Source: Thermoproteota archaeon
GTDB taxonomy: Archaea; Thermoproteota; Thermoprotei_A; Sulfolobales; Ignisphaeraceae
NCBI GenBank assembly: GCA_013154235.1
Contig: JAADCV010000100.1
Location: forward strand, 1-63,166
Length of the DNA: 63,166 bases
Direction: 5' to 3'
Position 1 is the stretch's first letter; each line of letters starts with the position of its first letter. Below are positions 8,817 to 18,664 of this stretch, in pieces. A program made the translations under genes and the position numbers. The notes beneath the pieces are model-generated. The model saw only the letters and a list, made by a program, of their open reading frames with translations, did no database searches and was not told the DNA's origin.

Positions 8817-9152
8817 CTAGCTCTTGATCCCTATCAGCATCCTGATACTCTTAGCGTCGCCGCGCTTCACGAGCTCAAGTAGTTCGTACTCGAGCCCTGG
8901 CCTACCTAGCTTTATGGCTATCGGCTTCAGAATTAGTGAGACTAGGGCGAAGTCTGCAGACGCCTCGTCTCCCCCATACCTCTGCTTTATGAACTCGTAC
9001 GCCTCCTTGGGGTTCTCTATTAGTAGCTCCACGAATTTCTTGCCGTACTTAGCCATACACACGTTGTCGAGCATACGGAGGAAGCCTGGTATCCTGCTCT
9101 CAGCCCACTGCCTTACGTACCTTACAAGCTCCTCGATCATGGTTATAGCCAC
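8817..9152 (-). CDS. Hypothetical helical protein
   Basis: Host-like codon usage, 111 aa ORF. Confidence 0.7.
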   Translation of the reverse strand: MAITMIEELVRYVRQWAESRIPGFLRMLDNVCMAKYGKKFVELLIENPKEAYEFIKQRYGGDEASADFALVSLILKPIAIKLGRPGLEYELLELVKRGDAKSIRMLIGIKS

Positions 9153-9407
9153 TCGTGTACACTATTCCTCTATGTCTCCATAGATACTTAAACGACATGA
9201 GTACAATAAATAAAGTTTGTTCTCACTGCATGACGTCCACGATGTGAACCAGTACAGGTATAGATGGTACTACTCGCATTCAACGTGCGATACGTTTACT
9301 ATAAGCTACGTGCCTACTGGAACACTAGCTTCATCGATACTGAGTCAAGTACCTTAATTATCTGTGAAAGCTGCCTGACAGATGAGCGCATCCAGAGGTG
9401 AGCATCT

Positions 9408-10112
9408 GTGTACATGCTGAAGATGATACACGAGTTCGAGAAGGTCGAGAGGAGGAAGCCTATAGACGGCACATACATAGTGCTCGTAGGTCTCTTCGTT
9501 GGCTGTCTAGTAAGCGCGAACTTCATAGCGATAAAGCTATGTAATATATTCGGCCTAGTAGTTCCAGCTGGAGTAATAGCGTACTCAATAACGTTCACGG
9601 TAACCGACATCATAAGCGACGTCTACGGCAGGAAAGCCGCTAGCTACGCCGTGTGGGCTGGATTCGCTGCAAACATAGTTATGGTGGCTATGGTGTTTGG
9701 AGGCTGGCTTCTACCACCTCTATCACCAGCCTTCCAGAGCAAGTACCAGGTGCTACTATCGACCCCTAGGATAGTAGCTGCTAGCATGGTCGCATACCTC
9801 CTAAGCCAGAATCACGACGTTCTAGCATTCCACTTCTGGAAGGCCCTCACAAAGGGTAGGCACCTATGGCTTAGAAACAACGCCTCTACAGCTGTTAGCC
9901 AGCTCATAGATACGTGCACCTTCATAACGCTAGCGTTCTACGGAGTCGTGCCGAACTCAGTGCTGCTAAACATGATCCTCGGCCAGTACCTCATTAAGCT
10001 GCTGATAGCGATCTGCGATACTCCATTCGTGTACCTAGGAGTGAAGCTGATAAGCGGGAGGAACGTCTCGTTTAAGGAGATTGCTCTTCGGAGCCCCTCC
10101 GTAACCTCCTAA
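9408..10112 (+). CDS. VUT/YhhQ-family queuosine/archaeosine precursor transporter
   Basis: PAGVIAYSITFTVTDIISDVYG, RIVAAS..AYLLSQ, LWLRNNASTAVSQLIDT, DTPFVY motifs; SD GAGGTGA. Confidence 0.9.
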   Translation: MYMLKMIHEFEKVERRKPIDGTYIVLVGLFVGCLVSANFIAIKLCNIFGLVVPAGVIAYSITFTVTDIISDVYGRKAASYAVWAGFAANIVMVAMVFGGWLLPPLSPAFQSKYQVLLSTPRIVAASMVAYLLSQNHDVLAFHFWKALTKGRHLWLRNNASTAVSQLIDTCTFITLAFYGVVPNSVLLNMILGQYLIKLLIAICDTPFVYLGVKLISGRNVSFKEIALRSPSVTS

Positions 10113-11445
10113 CGATTAGTGTAAAGCCCTTTCTACCTATGACCTCTACTTCCTCTCCAGGCTCTATGGTCTCGTCGCTTATCGCTGTCCAGTACTCGCC
10201 CTCAACCATAACGGTGCCTGGCTTACCTGGCTCAATCCTATCTACCGCTTTGCCGACCGCTCTCTCTGGACTATACCTAATTCTCGGCTTGCTCCTTATA
10301 GCACGAGCAGCCTTGTACATTATGAAGGTGAAGAATGCTGCTAACCCCCCTCCCACAACACCCACGATAGCCCTCACCTCATTTATTGAGGCTGCGAACA
10401 CGCTTCGGCCCGGCATTGCCGGAAGGAGTAGTAGACCGAATATTATAGCGGCAATCCCGCTAGCGCCCAGTATTCCGAAGCCGGGCGTTACGAAGAGCTC
10501 TATCGCTAGCATAACGCTTCCAAAGACTATCAGCGCTATCGCTATGTAGTTAACCTGCATGCCTCCAGCACCAACGATGGCTAGAAGCAGCATAACTAGG
10601 GTGAGTGGCAGAACTTCGTACCTACCGCTTAGCAGCGCTGCAAACGTTCCGAATACGCCTATGAACCAGAGTATGGATTGCACTACAGCGTTTCGAAGCA
10701 CGGCAAAGAACACTATGTTTATTGCTGGAGACACGTAGGTGTAGCCACTTATGTTTATTGTTACTGTTTTGATCACAACCCCATTCACCGTTATGTTGAC
10801 CTTCATTCCATTAACCTTCTTTATAAGGTCGCTTAGTGAGTATGCGACAAAGTTGGCTATCCCAACCTTAACAGCCTGCTTTCCGGTGAACACGTAGTTG
10901 TGGAGCACGAAGCCCTCGGCTGCAGTCACGTTTCTATGTCTAGTCTCCGCCCATAGTCGTATCTTAGCGAGGATGGGGTTTATGATCTTGCTCTCATTAA
11001 TGAACTTGACCTGCCCAGTAGCTGGATTATATAGGATTGGCTGCGCAGCACCTATGGTTGCCGTGGGACCAACAGCTATTATATGCATCGGTATGAGTAT
11101 TATGCATGCAGCGCTAAACGCCTTGTTAGGCACGTACCCTATTACGGGCACTCTAGCATTGAAGAACGCCTCGCCGAACTTGAACATCGTTGCTAGGTAC
11201 CCTCCATAGCTATCAACCTCAACGATTAGCGGAACCCCTTCGCTCTCCGCTAGCTTAAGCCCTTGATTAACAACGTAGTCGTATGCGGGCTCGTCTATCT
11301 CGCTCACGATACCCGATATCTTAACTAGGATCGCGTTTCGGTACCCACCTTTCTGAGCTGTAAGCACCACTGATGTAGCTACTGATGCAGCTATGAATGC
11401 TAGCATCATCAGCGTAAATACGTAAAAAGCTCTTTGCACCCCCAT
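10072..11445 (-). CDS. NfeD-type membrane-bound ClpP-class serine protease (stomatin operon partner)
   Basis: DSYGG, AFSA Ser motif, IGAAQPI, ELFVTPGFG, C-terminal OB domain GEYWTA; directly downstream of stomatin gene. Confidence 0.88.
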   Translation of the reverse strand: MGVQRAFYVFTLMMLAFIAASVATSVVLTAQKGGYRNAILVKISGIVSEIDEPAYDYVVNQGLKLAESEGVPLIVEVDSYGGYLATMFKFGEAFFNARVPVIGYVPNKAFSAACIILIPMHIIAVGPTATIGAAQPILYNPATGQVKFINESKIINPILAKIRLWAETRHRNVTAAEGFVLHNYVFTGKQAVKVGIANFVAYSLSDLIKKVNGMKVNITVNGVVIKTVTINISGYTYVSPAINIVFFAVLRNAVVQSILWFIGVFGTFAALLSGRYEVLPLTLVMLLLAIVGAGGMQVNYIAIALIVFGSVMLAIELFVTPGFGILGASGIAAIIFGLLLLPAMPGRSVFAASINEVRAIVGVVGGGLAAFFTFIMYKAARAIRSKPRIRYSPERAVGKAVDRIEPGKPGTVMVEGEYWTAISDETIEPGEEVEVIGRKGFTLIVRRLRRGSEEQSP

Positions 11446-11464
11446 CCCTATCCACCGGACCCCT

Positions 11465-12280
11465 CTACGTTCCTCCTTCGCTCTTCTTTTTCAGCGCAGC
11501 CATGGAGGCTCCAATGGCTTCGGCGACGCGCTTCTCCGTGAGCGATCCAGCTATGCTTTCCGTAACTAGTATCAGGTTGCGCTCCTTAGCTATGTCTATG
11601 TATGTCTGCAGCTCCCTTAAGCGGAGGGCTATCGGGTGCTGCTCGTACACAAGCGCTGCTTCGCCTAGGATCTTAGCAGCTGTTCTCTCTGCCTCAGCCT
11701 CTATTATTCTAGCTCTTCTAAGCCTCTCCGCCTCAGCCTGCTTAGCCATAGCCCTAACGAGCTCTTCAGGGAGCTCGACGCTCTTTATCGTAACCATGCT
11801 GACCTTTATTCCCCACGGACTGGTTATCTCGTCCATTATCTGCTGGATCTTCTTGTTCAGCTCCTCCCTCTTGGTCAGCACATCGTCTAGCTCGCTCTGA
11901 CCAATGACGTCCCTCAGCACAGTCTGTGCGAGAAGCGCGACTGCATAGTAGTAGTCGCGCACCTTCATAACGGCCTTCTCCGGATCAACAACTCTGAAGT
12001 ACACCACAGCATCTACAGCCACGGTAACGTTATCCCTAGTTATCACCTCTTGTTTAGGAACATCGACTGTGAGCAGCCTCAGATCGACTACAAGACCTTT
12101 ATCAATGAATGGCACTAGAAACACTAGGCCCGGCCCCTTTATCCCTATGTACTTGCCGAGCCTCAGCACTATGAGCCTCTCCCACTCCTTAACGACCCTT
12201 ATAGCCTTAGCCAGTATGGGTAGGAATATCACGAGCAGTATAACGATGCCGACTATTGTCTCCACGGGAACTTGGTCCAT
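11465..12280 (-). CDS. Stomatin/SPFH (slipin) protein
   Basis: RLG, GPGLVFLVPFID, QEVITRDNV, AMAKQAEAER motifs. Confidence 0.95.
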   Translation of the reverse strand: MDQVPVETIVGIVILLVIFLPILAKAIRVVKEWERLIVLRLGKYIGIKGPGLVFLVPFIDKGLVVDLRLLTVDVPKQEVITRDNVTVAVDAVVYFRVVDPEKAVMKVRDYYYAVALLAQTVLRDVIGQSELDDVLTKREELNKKIQQIMDEITSPWGIKVSMVTIKSVELPEELVRAMAKQAEAERLRRARIIEAEAERTAAKILGEAALVYEQHPIALRLRELQTYIDIAKERNLILVTESIAGSLTEKRVAEAIGASMAALKKKSEGGT

Positions 12281-12416
12281 TACAGTACACCCATCCTAGT
12301 GTCCACTAATGCACTACCTCTGCAGAAGATATAGAGCTTTGCTAGAGTCGGCAGCAGCTGAATGATAAAAGAGTTTTATCTCCTCGATCCGCGATGCAGT
12401 GCTACGGGGGTAGGTA

Positions 12417-12775
12417 TGCACGCAGAGCAAGAGTCTAGTGAGAGCGTTAGCAGAGGTGAGCAGGAAAAGAACCTTGTCAAGAGGCTCGAGGAGCTGCTTT
12501 CAACAATGAAGGACTGGGAGCGCAGACCCATAGTTGAGGTTGGTAGCGCTGTTGTGGAGCTAGTTAAACTCCCTAAGAGGCAAACTAAGAAAGGTACTGA
12601 ACCTGAGAGGCTCGCTCTTCATCTAAGGCTTAAGGATAGCTTCAAGGGGGTATTCATAGAGAACTTCAACGAGCTAGACGATATAGTTAGAGCTCTAACG
12701 ACAAAAAGCGTTCAGGAGGTTGCTAAAGCTCTAGACGAGCTAAGCCGCAAGCGCGTTATAGAGTACGGCCTCTAG
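12417..12775 (+). CDS. Conserved hypothetical protein
   Basis: GGGGGTAGGT SD then ATG 12417; host-like codon usage. Confidence 0.75.
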
Positions 12776-12790
12776 AATGCTCGAACGCTT

Positions 12791-12847
12791 CCGGTGATGA
12801 TGCTCTACCGACTGATACCTGATGAGGAAAACGAACCCCTCTGATCC
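12791..12847 (+). ncRNA. Box C/D guide sRNA (tRNA-targeting candidate)
   Basis: GTGATGA(12794)-TGCTCTACCGA-CTGA(12812)-TACC-TGATGA-GGAAAACGAACCCCT-CTGA(12841). Confidence 0.85.
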
Positions 12848-12884
12848 TATGCAGAGCCATGCATCTGTTTAGAACACACGCGCT

Positions 12885-14066
12885 TTAATTACTCAAAACC
12901 TTGTTTATGAGCGAGATCATTGATTCGGGTGAATGGACCCCGACAACGATTAACCCGTACTGCTTCTCACGATTCCATATTATGAAGCCGGGAGTGCCCG
13001 AGATACCGTATCTCAGCGCCTCGTTGGTGTCATACTGTATTATCTCTTTGGATTCGTTCACGTATTTCTGCAGCTGGCTTATCTTTAGTCCACTAGCTCT
13101 CTCTATGAGGCTGAAGACGTAGGCGTCGCTTATCTCCTTGTCCACGGTGTTCTCGTAGCACTGGTTCTTGACGAAGCACGTATCGTATAGCCGGCTGTAT
13201 ATATGCTCCATAACGTAGAGCACGGCTGAAGCGTTCCTAGTCGCTAGATACATTGCCTCTATGTATACATGCTGCTCTAGGGACTGCGGGTGAACTATGA
13301 GGTTCTTGAACACTATAGCTAGCTTACCTTCCTTCACGAGCTTGAGCAGCGAAGGCATTGTTTCGTGGTAGAACATGGCGCAGTAGGGACAGTGACTATC
13401 TTCGTATATGAAGAGGTACACTGGAGCGCTTCTAGATCCTAAGACAGGCGTAGCATTGTCAATTCTAGGCTCAACTCTAGTTTCCACAGGTATGCTCTCA
13501 TAGGGTAGGTACTGGGTTAGCCTACCCAGTAGGTACGATGTTAGGGTTTCCTTAGCTATGAGCAGCCCGCTAACGTTGTTGAATAGGTTATATAGCTCCT
13601 TAGATACCGATCCTCGAAGCGCTAAAGCTACGACGGGATACGAGTATGTCTCCACTTCTCGAAGTAAGCTTGGCTCCTTAGACACGTTTACTAGGCACAC
13701 CCCTACGGGTGCACTGAGCTTAGCGTATCTAGATAGAACGTTATCGAATACTCGCTGAACCATCTTCACGAACGTTGCGTTAGGCTTCGTCTTGAGGTAC
13801 AGGATTACTAAGAGGTTACTGCTCTTACCGCATACACTATCCAGCAGGCTCTTCATAGATCCTCGAGGCCCCGATAGCGAGACATATACCATCCTAGTCG
13901 TGGTAGTAACTGGAGTAGACGACTGAGCTGTGTGGATCGGAGCTGGCGTTGCTGTGTAGTACCAGTTCCACAGCCTGCCTCTAGCAACGATTAGTATTAC
14001 CGACGCTACCACTATACCTATTAGAACAGCCGCTATGACTGCAAAGGCAACCCTCTTAAGAGCCAC
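12885..14066 (-). CDS. Membrane-anchored DsbA/thioredoxin-fold protein
   Basis: N-terminal TM, Thr/Ser linker, EDSHCPYC, GISGTPGF cis-Pro loop. Confidence 0.85.
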   Translation of the reverse strand: MALKRVAFAVIAAVLIGIVVASVILIVARGRLWNWYYTATPAPIHTAQSSTPVTTTTRMVYVSLSGPRGSMKSLLDSVCGKSSNLLVILYLKTKPNATFVKMVQRVFDNVLSRYAKLSAPVGVCLVNVSKEPSLLREVETYSYPVVALALRGSVSKELYNLFNNVSGLLIAKETLTSYLLGRLTQYLPYESIPVETRVEPRIDNATPVLGSRSAPVYLFIYEDSHCPYCAMFYHETMPSLLKLVKEGKLAIVFKNLIVHPQSLEQHVYIEAMYLATRNASAVLYVMEHIYSRLYDTCFVKNQCYENTVDKEISDAYVFSLIERASGLKISQLQKYVNESKEIIQYDTNEALRYGISGTPGFIIWNREKQYGLIVVGVHSPESMISLINKVLSN

Positions 14067-14117
14067 TTTCCTCGCCGTTGCTTAACCTTCGACACTAGGG
14101 ATAAAATACGCGATTGC

Positions 14118-15671
14118 TCAAACCTCAACAGGCTTATGTGTATACTTACCTCTTCTAGCCTCCTCAATTATTTCCCTAACCCTTCTCTCTAGGCTCCTCT
14201 TCTTCCACTCTACGAACCTTAGGAAGAGCCTAATAGCAAACCTAACGAACGGATTCTCAGCTAGGTACTTCCTAGCGAGCTCTGGAGCCCATTTCAGCGA
14301 GTGCTCTAGACACATCCACATAACCTCGACGTGCTCGGGCTTAATGGAGAAGTTCAGCAGCGCTCTCTTATCCTTGAGCACGCCCATAGGCACGAAGTAC
14401 ATAGGCACTATCAGACTAGGGTAGTCACGCAGACGCTCGATTAGCCTCACTGTGGCGTCGAGATCCTCCTGCTTCTCCTCCGGTAGGTTGAGAATTATGG
14501 TCGCAGCCGGAACGATATCGTTGTCAGCCATTATAGCGAAAGCCTCCTCAACTATATCCGGCCAGGACTCCGCTGGGAAGGGCGCTGACTTTCCCGGCAT
14601 TATTATCTTCGCGAGCCGAGGCGACCCCGTTTCGATACCCGTTTGGACTCCTATGAACTTCTGCCCGGTACCACTCTTAATCAGGTCCATAACCTTGCTA
14701 ACTATCTTAGATTCGCGCTGCCCAGCAACGACTGCTGCCAAGCTAACGTGTGCCCATCCAATAGTCTCCACCCTAGTCGAGATAATAGCTTCGTGAAGCT
14801 TGAGAAGGGGCTCCTCGCGAGGAACAACGCCGTAGGAGCCGTAGAGAAGCACGTCCTCCGAGTGCAGCAGCGCATGGTTTATCCCAAACTTCTTGTTTAC
14901 CTCTATCTCCGAGACCACCATATCTATGGGGATGTACCTCAGCGGCCTGAGAGTAACGCTGCAGAACCTGCAACCCCTAGGGCACCCCCTCATTATCTCT
15001 ACGAGCCCGTTGACACTAGCTCCAACAATTGTCGGTATCTCCTCAACGCTGGGAACCTCGTGCGGTGCAACATACACGTATCTAGGCAGCGGCTCACCAT
15101 CGATTATCCTCTGCGCTATGTCAACTATAACCTTCTCAGCCTCACCATCTATCACCGTATCGACTCCCCAAGAATCCCATAGATCCTCGACGTGTAGCCA
15201 CTGCCACGCTGCTGGCCCTCCGATAACGATCTTACCCCCTCTTCTCTTGAACGCTCTCACGGGCTCAGAGTTCATCAGCTTTATGAAGTGCTTTCTATTG
15301 ACTGGCTCCCTCTTCGTTATTGCCCACCAGACGTTGCTTGGCGCGCAGAACGCGAAGAAATCGTGGTGCCCTATCATCAGCGCCTTAGCTCTAGGGAGGT
15401 GCTTATCCAGGTGATCGGGATCTATTATCTCTGCACGGAATCCAGCCCTCTTGAGCGCAGCCTCAACCTTCCTGAGCCCATAGGGAGCCACAATAGGTCG
15501 TCCAAGCTCATCAACCTTTGGCTTTGGCGCGCATATCCACATCCATAGTTTCTCAGGCATTCCTACCGCTGGCGCTGTCGTCATGAATCCTATGAATTCC
15601 TTCCCGTGGTGATCAGTCATCAGCGTGCGGTCGACAGTTATCACGAAGTCTATCGGCGGGTCTATCGACAC
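14118..15671 (-). CDS. B12-binding-domain radical SAM protein
   Basis: APYGLRKVEAAL, IGGP, DGEAE, RGCPRGCRFC, GIETGS. Confidence 0.88.
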   Translation of the reverse strand: MSIDPPIDFVITVDRTLMTDHHGKEFIGFMTTAPAVGMPEKLWMWICAPKPKVDELGRPIVAPYGLRKVEAALKRAGFRAEIIDPDHLDKHLPRAKALMIGHHDFFAFCAPSNVWWAITKREPVNRKHFIKLMNSEPVRAFKRRGGKIVIGGPAAWQWLHVEDLWDSWGVDTVIDGEAEKVIVDIAQRIIDGEPLPRYVYVAPHEVPSVEEIPTIVGASVNGLVEIMRGCPRGCRFCSVTLRPLRYIPIDMVVSEIEVNKKFGINHALLHSEDVLLYGSYGVVPREEPLLKLHEAIISTRVETIGWAHVSLAAVVAGQRESKIVSKVMDLIKSGTGQKFIGVQTGIETGSPRLAKIIMPGKSAPFPAESWPDIVEEAFAIMADNDIVPAATIILNLPEEKQEDLDATVRLIERLRDYPSLIVPMYFVPMGVLKDKRALLNFSIKPEHVEVMWMCLEHSLKWAPELARKYLAENPFVRFAIRLFLRFVEWKKRSLERRVREIIEEARRGKYTHKPVEV

Positions 15672-15674
15672 GCT

Positions 15675-16046
15675 TCACACCTTCACTAGATCTACAGCTA
15701 CACTCCACTCTCTAAAAATATGGCTTAGCTCCTCCGCTACACCGCTTAGACTCTCCTCAAATATTATCTTAGCGTCGGAGATGGTCTTCCTAGATGCGAA
15801 CTTCTCTAGGGCTCTCCTAAGTAGCTGTGGCCTATAGTCGTCGATAGTGAGTATAACTATGCCCATCGCAACGTTGTTCAGCAGCGTATCTCGCACCTGC
15901 GGAATGACATCGCTTATCCTCGAGGCTCTAAACACAGCTATAACACCACGGTGCGCGGATAGCTGCGCATCTCGAACCTCCTTAGCGAAGGTGCTGCCCA
16001 CCTTACTCATGTCGTTAACCACGTACACTAAGCACCTATAGCTCAT
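15675..16046 (-). CDS. Hypothetical protein
   Basis: Co-oriented, 3 nt from the radical SAM gene; ATG with GGTGG SD. Confidence 0.65.
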   Translation of the reverse strand: MSYRCLVYVVNDMSKVGSTFAKEVRDAQLSAHRGVIAVFRASRISDVIPQVRDTLLNNVAMGIVILTIDDYRPQLLRRALEKFASRKTISDAKIIFEESLSGVAEELSHIFREWSVAVDLVKV

Positions 16047-16103
16047 CGCTGCTTACCACCGCGTTACTTATCGTTGCGGTCCCGATATATGTAGGGAGGC
16101 TTC

Positions 16104-16463
16104 ATGCCGGCCAAGCTCTACCCAAATAGCTGCGTCAAGAGGATTCTAGCTGGTATCCCCGATGGCCACATGCATCTAAGGCTCGTGATAGAGCTGTGCG
16201 ATCAAGCGATAGTGCTTCATGAGGCGACCGTGGCTGCGATAGTGCGTGCCTACGCTTCTGTCGCTCTGCATCCTAAGCGGCGAGCGATAGAGCTAAGATC
16301 TAGGAGGATGAGCAAGGATGAGCGCAAGCCTCTGTTTGCAGAGCACCAGCTTCTGGAAACAGACCAGATAGAGTCCTCGCTGATTACGGAGCTAGAGAAG
16401 ATTCTTAGGGATGCAGAGTTAGTTAGGTGCGGATGTGCTGAGCCTGCCGACGCTGATAGGTGA
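16104..16463 (+). CDS. Conserved hypothetical protein
   Basis: GGAGG SD; GIPDGHMHLRL / LHEATVAAIVRAY looks like a conserved motif. Confidence 0.75.
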   Translation: MPAKLYPNSCVKRILAGIPDGHMHLRLVIELCDQAIVLHEATVAAIVRAYASVALHPKRRAIELRSRRMSKDERKPLFAEHQLLETDQIESSLITELEKILRDAELVRCGCAEPADADR

Positions 16464-16489
16464 TGATGCCCCGCGAAAGCGAATGAGGA
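16432..16489 (+). ncRNA. Possible box C/D sRNA (degenerate boxes)
   Basis: GTGCTGA(16435)-GCCTGCCGACG-CTGA(16453)-TAG-GTGATGA(16460)-TGCCCCGCGAAA-GCGA/ATGA; terminal boxes imperfect. Confidence 0.45.
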
Positions 16490-16510
16490 AATCGATGAGG
16501 GTGCTCGCTA

Positions 16511-16567
16511 CGTAGGATGATGTGTTATCGGATTACTGAGAAGTGATGAGCCCTGGGAAGCTGACTC
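16511..16567 (+). ncRNA. Box C/D guide sRNA
   Basis: AGGATGA(16514)-TGTGTTATCGGATTA-CTGA(16536)-GAA-GTGATGA(16543)-GCCCTGGGAAG-CTGA(16561). Confidence 0.75.
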
Positions 16568-16883
16568 ATCTCCTGCGAATAGATGCTAGGATCTCTATCG
16601 GGATAGCTAGAAGCAGTATCATTATCAGGAACAGTATGAGCTTTCCGCTGCCGGGCGTTAGTCGAGATGATTCCTTAACTAAATGAAGCGCGTAGTTAAA
16701 GTTCGATACGAGCGACGAGATCTCCCTCTTAAGCGGGTCTAGCGCCTTGAACGGGTTGAAGCCTAGCTTAAGTTCTTTCAGGATCAGCACTAGATTCACC
16801 ATGGCGATAGCGATCAGAACGAGAATGAATAGCGTTGCCTTAGCGACTCCGCTATCCCCTTTCACAACTATCGCTCCTAGCAT
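16566..16883 (-). CDS. Small two-TM membrane protein
   Basis: Two hydrophobic segments, basic C-terminus. Confidence 0.55.
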   Translation of the reverse strand: MLGAIVVKGDSGVAKATLFILVLIAIAMVNLVLILKELKLGFNPFKALDPLKREISSLVSNFNYALHLVKESSRLTPGSGKLILFLIMILLLAIPIEILASIRRR

Positions 16884-16947
16884 CTAGATTCTGACGGACT
16901 AGACTAAAAACTTACGCTGCGGAACTTCAAGAAGTCGAACGATTCAT

Positions 16948-17682
16948 CTACAAAAGCTTTATTCTACCTTTAAACTTTTCGAACAGCCTTCTATTGTGTT
17001 CCCTAGCCTCCGGCAGATGGCTGCTTACCCATATGGGGGGCTCAACACCTTTCTCTAGGAGTATCTGCACAGCTCTAGCAATCAGCGTATTACCAATGAA
17101 GCAGTTGAGTATCGTTGATACGGGGCTCACTTTGGTGGGAATGCCTAGGTCTAGTACGGCGTCTCCGCGAGGAACCTTGTTGTCTATGTATACCTCGACT
17201 ACCTCGTAGAGTCTCTTGCCAAAGCTATTCCTAGGCTCTAGGCTTCGTGAGTACTCTACAGATGTTATGCCTATAGTAGCTGCCCCTAGTTCCTTGGCCA
17301 CTATAGCCGCCTCCACAGGAAACATGTTTACGCCAGACGTCGAAACAACTATCACGACATCACCCTCCTTAACCGGCGCTGATCGAAGCAGCGCGCGAGC
17401 GTATCCAGGTATGCTCTCCATCATCGTGGACTTCTCCGCGCCATGCGATACGTTTATGTCCGTGTCTATGATTGGGCTCACGTTAGCTAGGCCGCCAGCT
17501 CTATAGAATAGCTCCTCGCCAAGCATCGCTGAGTGGCCAGCTCCAACAACATGTATTATCCTATCGTCCTCTGCAGCCCTAGCTATGAGCTGCGCAGCTC
17601 TCTCAATTCTAGACGCTTCTTCCGTAACTATCCTGTTCATGAGCTCGACTAGCGTATCGAGATAGGCTCTAGCGACGTTCAA
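16948..17682 (-). CDS. SIS-domain sugar isomerase (UPF0309-like)
   Basis: VGAGHS, ELFYRAGGLA, STSG, IDNKVPRGDA. Confidence 0.9.
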   Translation of the reverse strand: MNVARAYLDTLVELMNRIVTEEASRIERAAQLIARAAEDDRIIHVVGAGHSAMLGEELFYRAGGLANVSPIIDTDINVSHGAEKSTMMESIPGYARALLRSAPVKEGDVVIVVSTSGVNMFPVEAAIVAKELGAATIGITSVEYSRSLEPRNSFGKRLYEVVEVYIDNKVPRGDAVLDLGIPTKVSPVSTILNCFIGNTLIARAVQILLEKGVEPPIWVSSHLPEAREHNRRLFEKFKGRIKLL

Positions 17683-17689
17683 CGCTGAA

Positions 17690-18664
17690 TCACGCTAGGG
17701 GGAGCTTTACGGCGCGCCCCTCTCTAGAAGCTATGTAGATAGCCTCAACCACCTCCTGCACCTCCAATCCCTGCGCTGACCCTGGATAAGGCCTGTCTCC
17801 TCTCTCTACGTGGTCTAGGAACGACTCAAGTTCATTGATGTACATAAGCTCGATCGGCTCGCTGAACTCTATGGTCTCTATCCTTCCATCGATCGAGGAC
17901 ATCGTGTAGGGTCCCGAGAGATAGCTCTCGACAGTTACCCTACCGCGCCTAGCCTGAACACCCCACTTCCTATAGCGGTGTCCGCCGCTCCACGACTGGA
18001 AGTAGTGCGACACAGCCCCGCTCTCATGAACTAGCGTTAGCGCGGCGTTGTCCTCTATCTCGATATCGCTTCTAACTCTCCAGGTTCGCGCGTGAACCTC
18101 CTTAATTCTGCCTCCGTACCACATGTATACGAATAGCACGTGAACCGCGTGCTCGTTTATCATTCCACCACTAATATCCTTCTTACCTATCCAGTCGTAA
18201 GGAGGTTTGTTGCCTAGCGCTACGTGCCACATGTACAGCGGTCCGCCAAGGCCCTCCACGATCCTGTATATATCTCTGTACATCTTGTGGAAGTACAGGC
18301 TGAAAGCTATCATGAGCTTGCCGCTATCGGCTTCAGCTATTCTTCTAGCGCTCTCTAGGTTCGTGGACATCGGTTTCTCTAGTAGGACGTATAGCCCTCT
18401 CCTAAGCGCGTAGATAGCTTGCTCCTCGTGAAACCTCGGCGGGGTCGCGATAATCACTGCATCAATTCCAGCGTTATCTATGAGGTCGCGATAATCGCTG
18501 TAGAGGTTCTCGACACCTAGCTCCCTAGCCTTAGCCCTAGCGCTTTCAGCAACATCGCAGACAGCGATTAGCTTAGCCCTAGCTCTAAGCCTATCGCTTT
18601 CAACGAGTAGCTTGCCGAGTGTCGAACCCATGTATCCGAAGCCTATTATCCCTAGCCTTATCAT
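17690..18664 (-). CDS. Gfo/Idh/MocA oxidoreductase
   Basis: GIIGFGYMG, IATPP..H, LLEKP, SGGMINEHAVH. Confidence 0.92.
   Translation of the reverse strand: MIRLGIIGFGYMGSTLGKLLVESDRLRARAKLIAVCDVAESARAKARELGVENLYSDYRDLIDNAGIDAVIIATPPRFHEEQAIYALRRGLYVLLEKPMSTNLESARRIAEADSGKLMIAFSLYFHKMYRDIYRIVEGLGGPLYMWHVALGNKPPYDWIGKKDISGGMINEHAVHVLFVYMWYGGRIKEVHARTWRVRSDIEIEDNAALTLVHESGAVSHYFQSWSGGHRYRKWGVQARRGRVTVESYLSGPYTMSSIDGRIETIEFSEPIELMYINELESFLDHVERGDRPYPGSAQGLEVQEVVEAIYIASREGRAVKLPLA

Noticed and set aside
9190..9407. Known preQ1 or TPP riboswitch upstream of the VUT transporter
   Set aside because: No recognisable consensus; only a simple hairpin, reported separately.
12364..12380. Inverted repeat GATAAAA-GAG-TTTTATC as an operator
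   Set aside because: Equally explained by back-to-back TATA elements of divergent genes.
12801..12840. tRNA gene or fragment on the minus strand (TCAGTCGGTAGAGCA; GGGGTTCG)
   Set aside because: The pieces are in the wrong order for a cloverleaf and are flanked by C/D boxes, so they are guide sequences.
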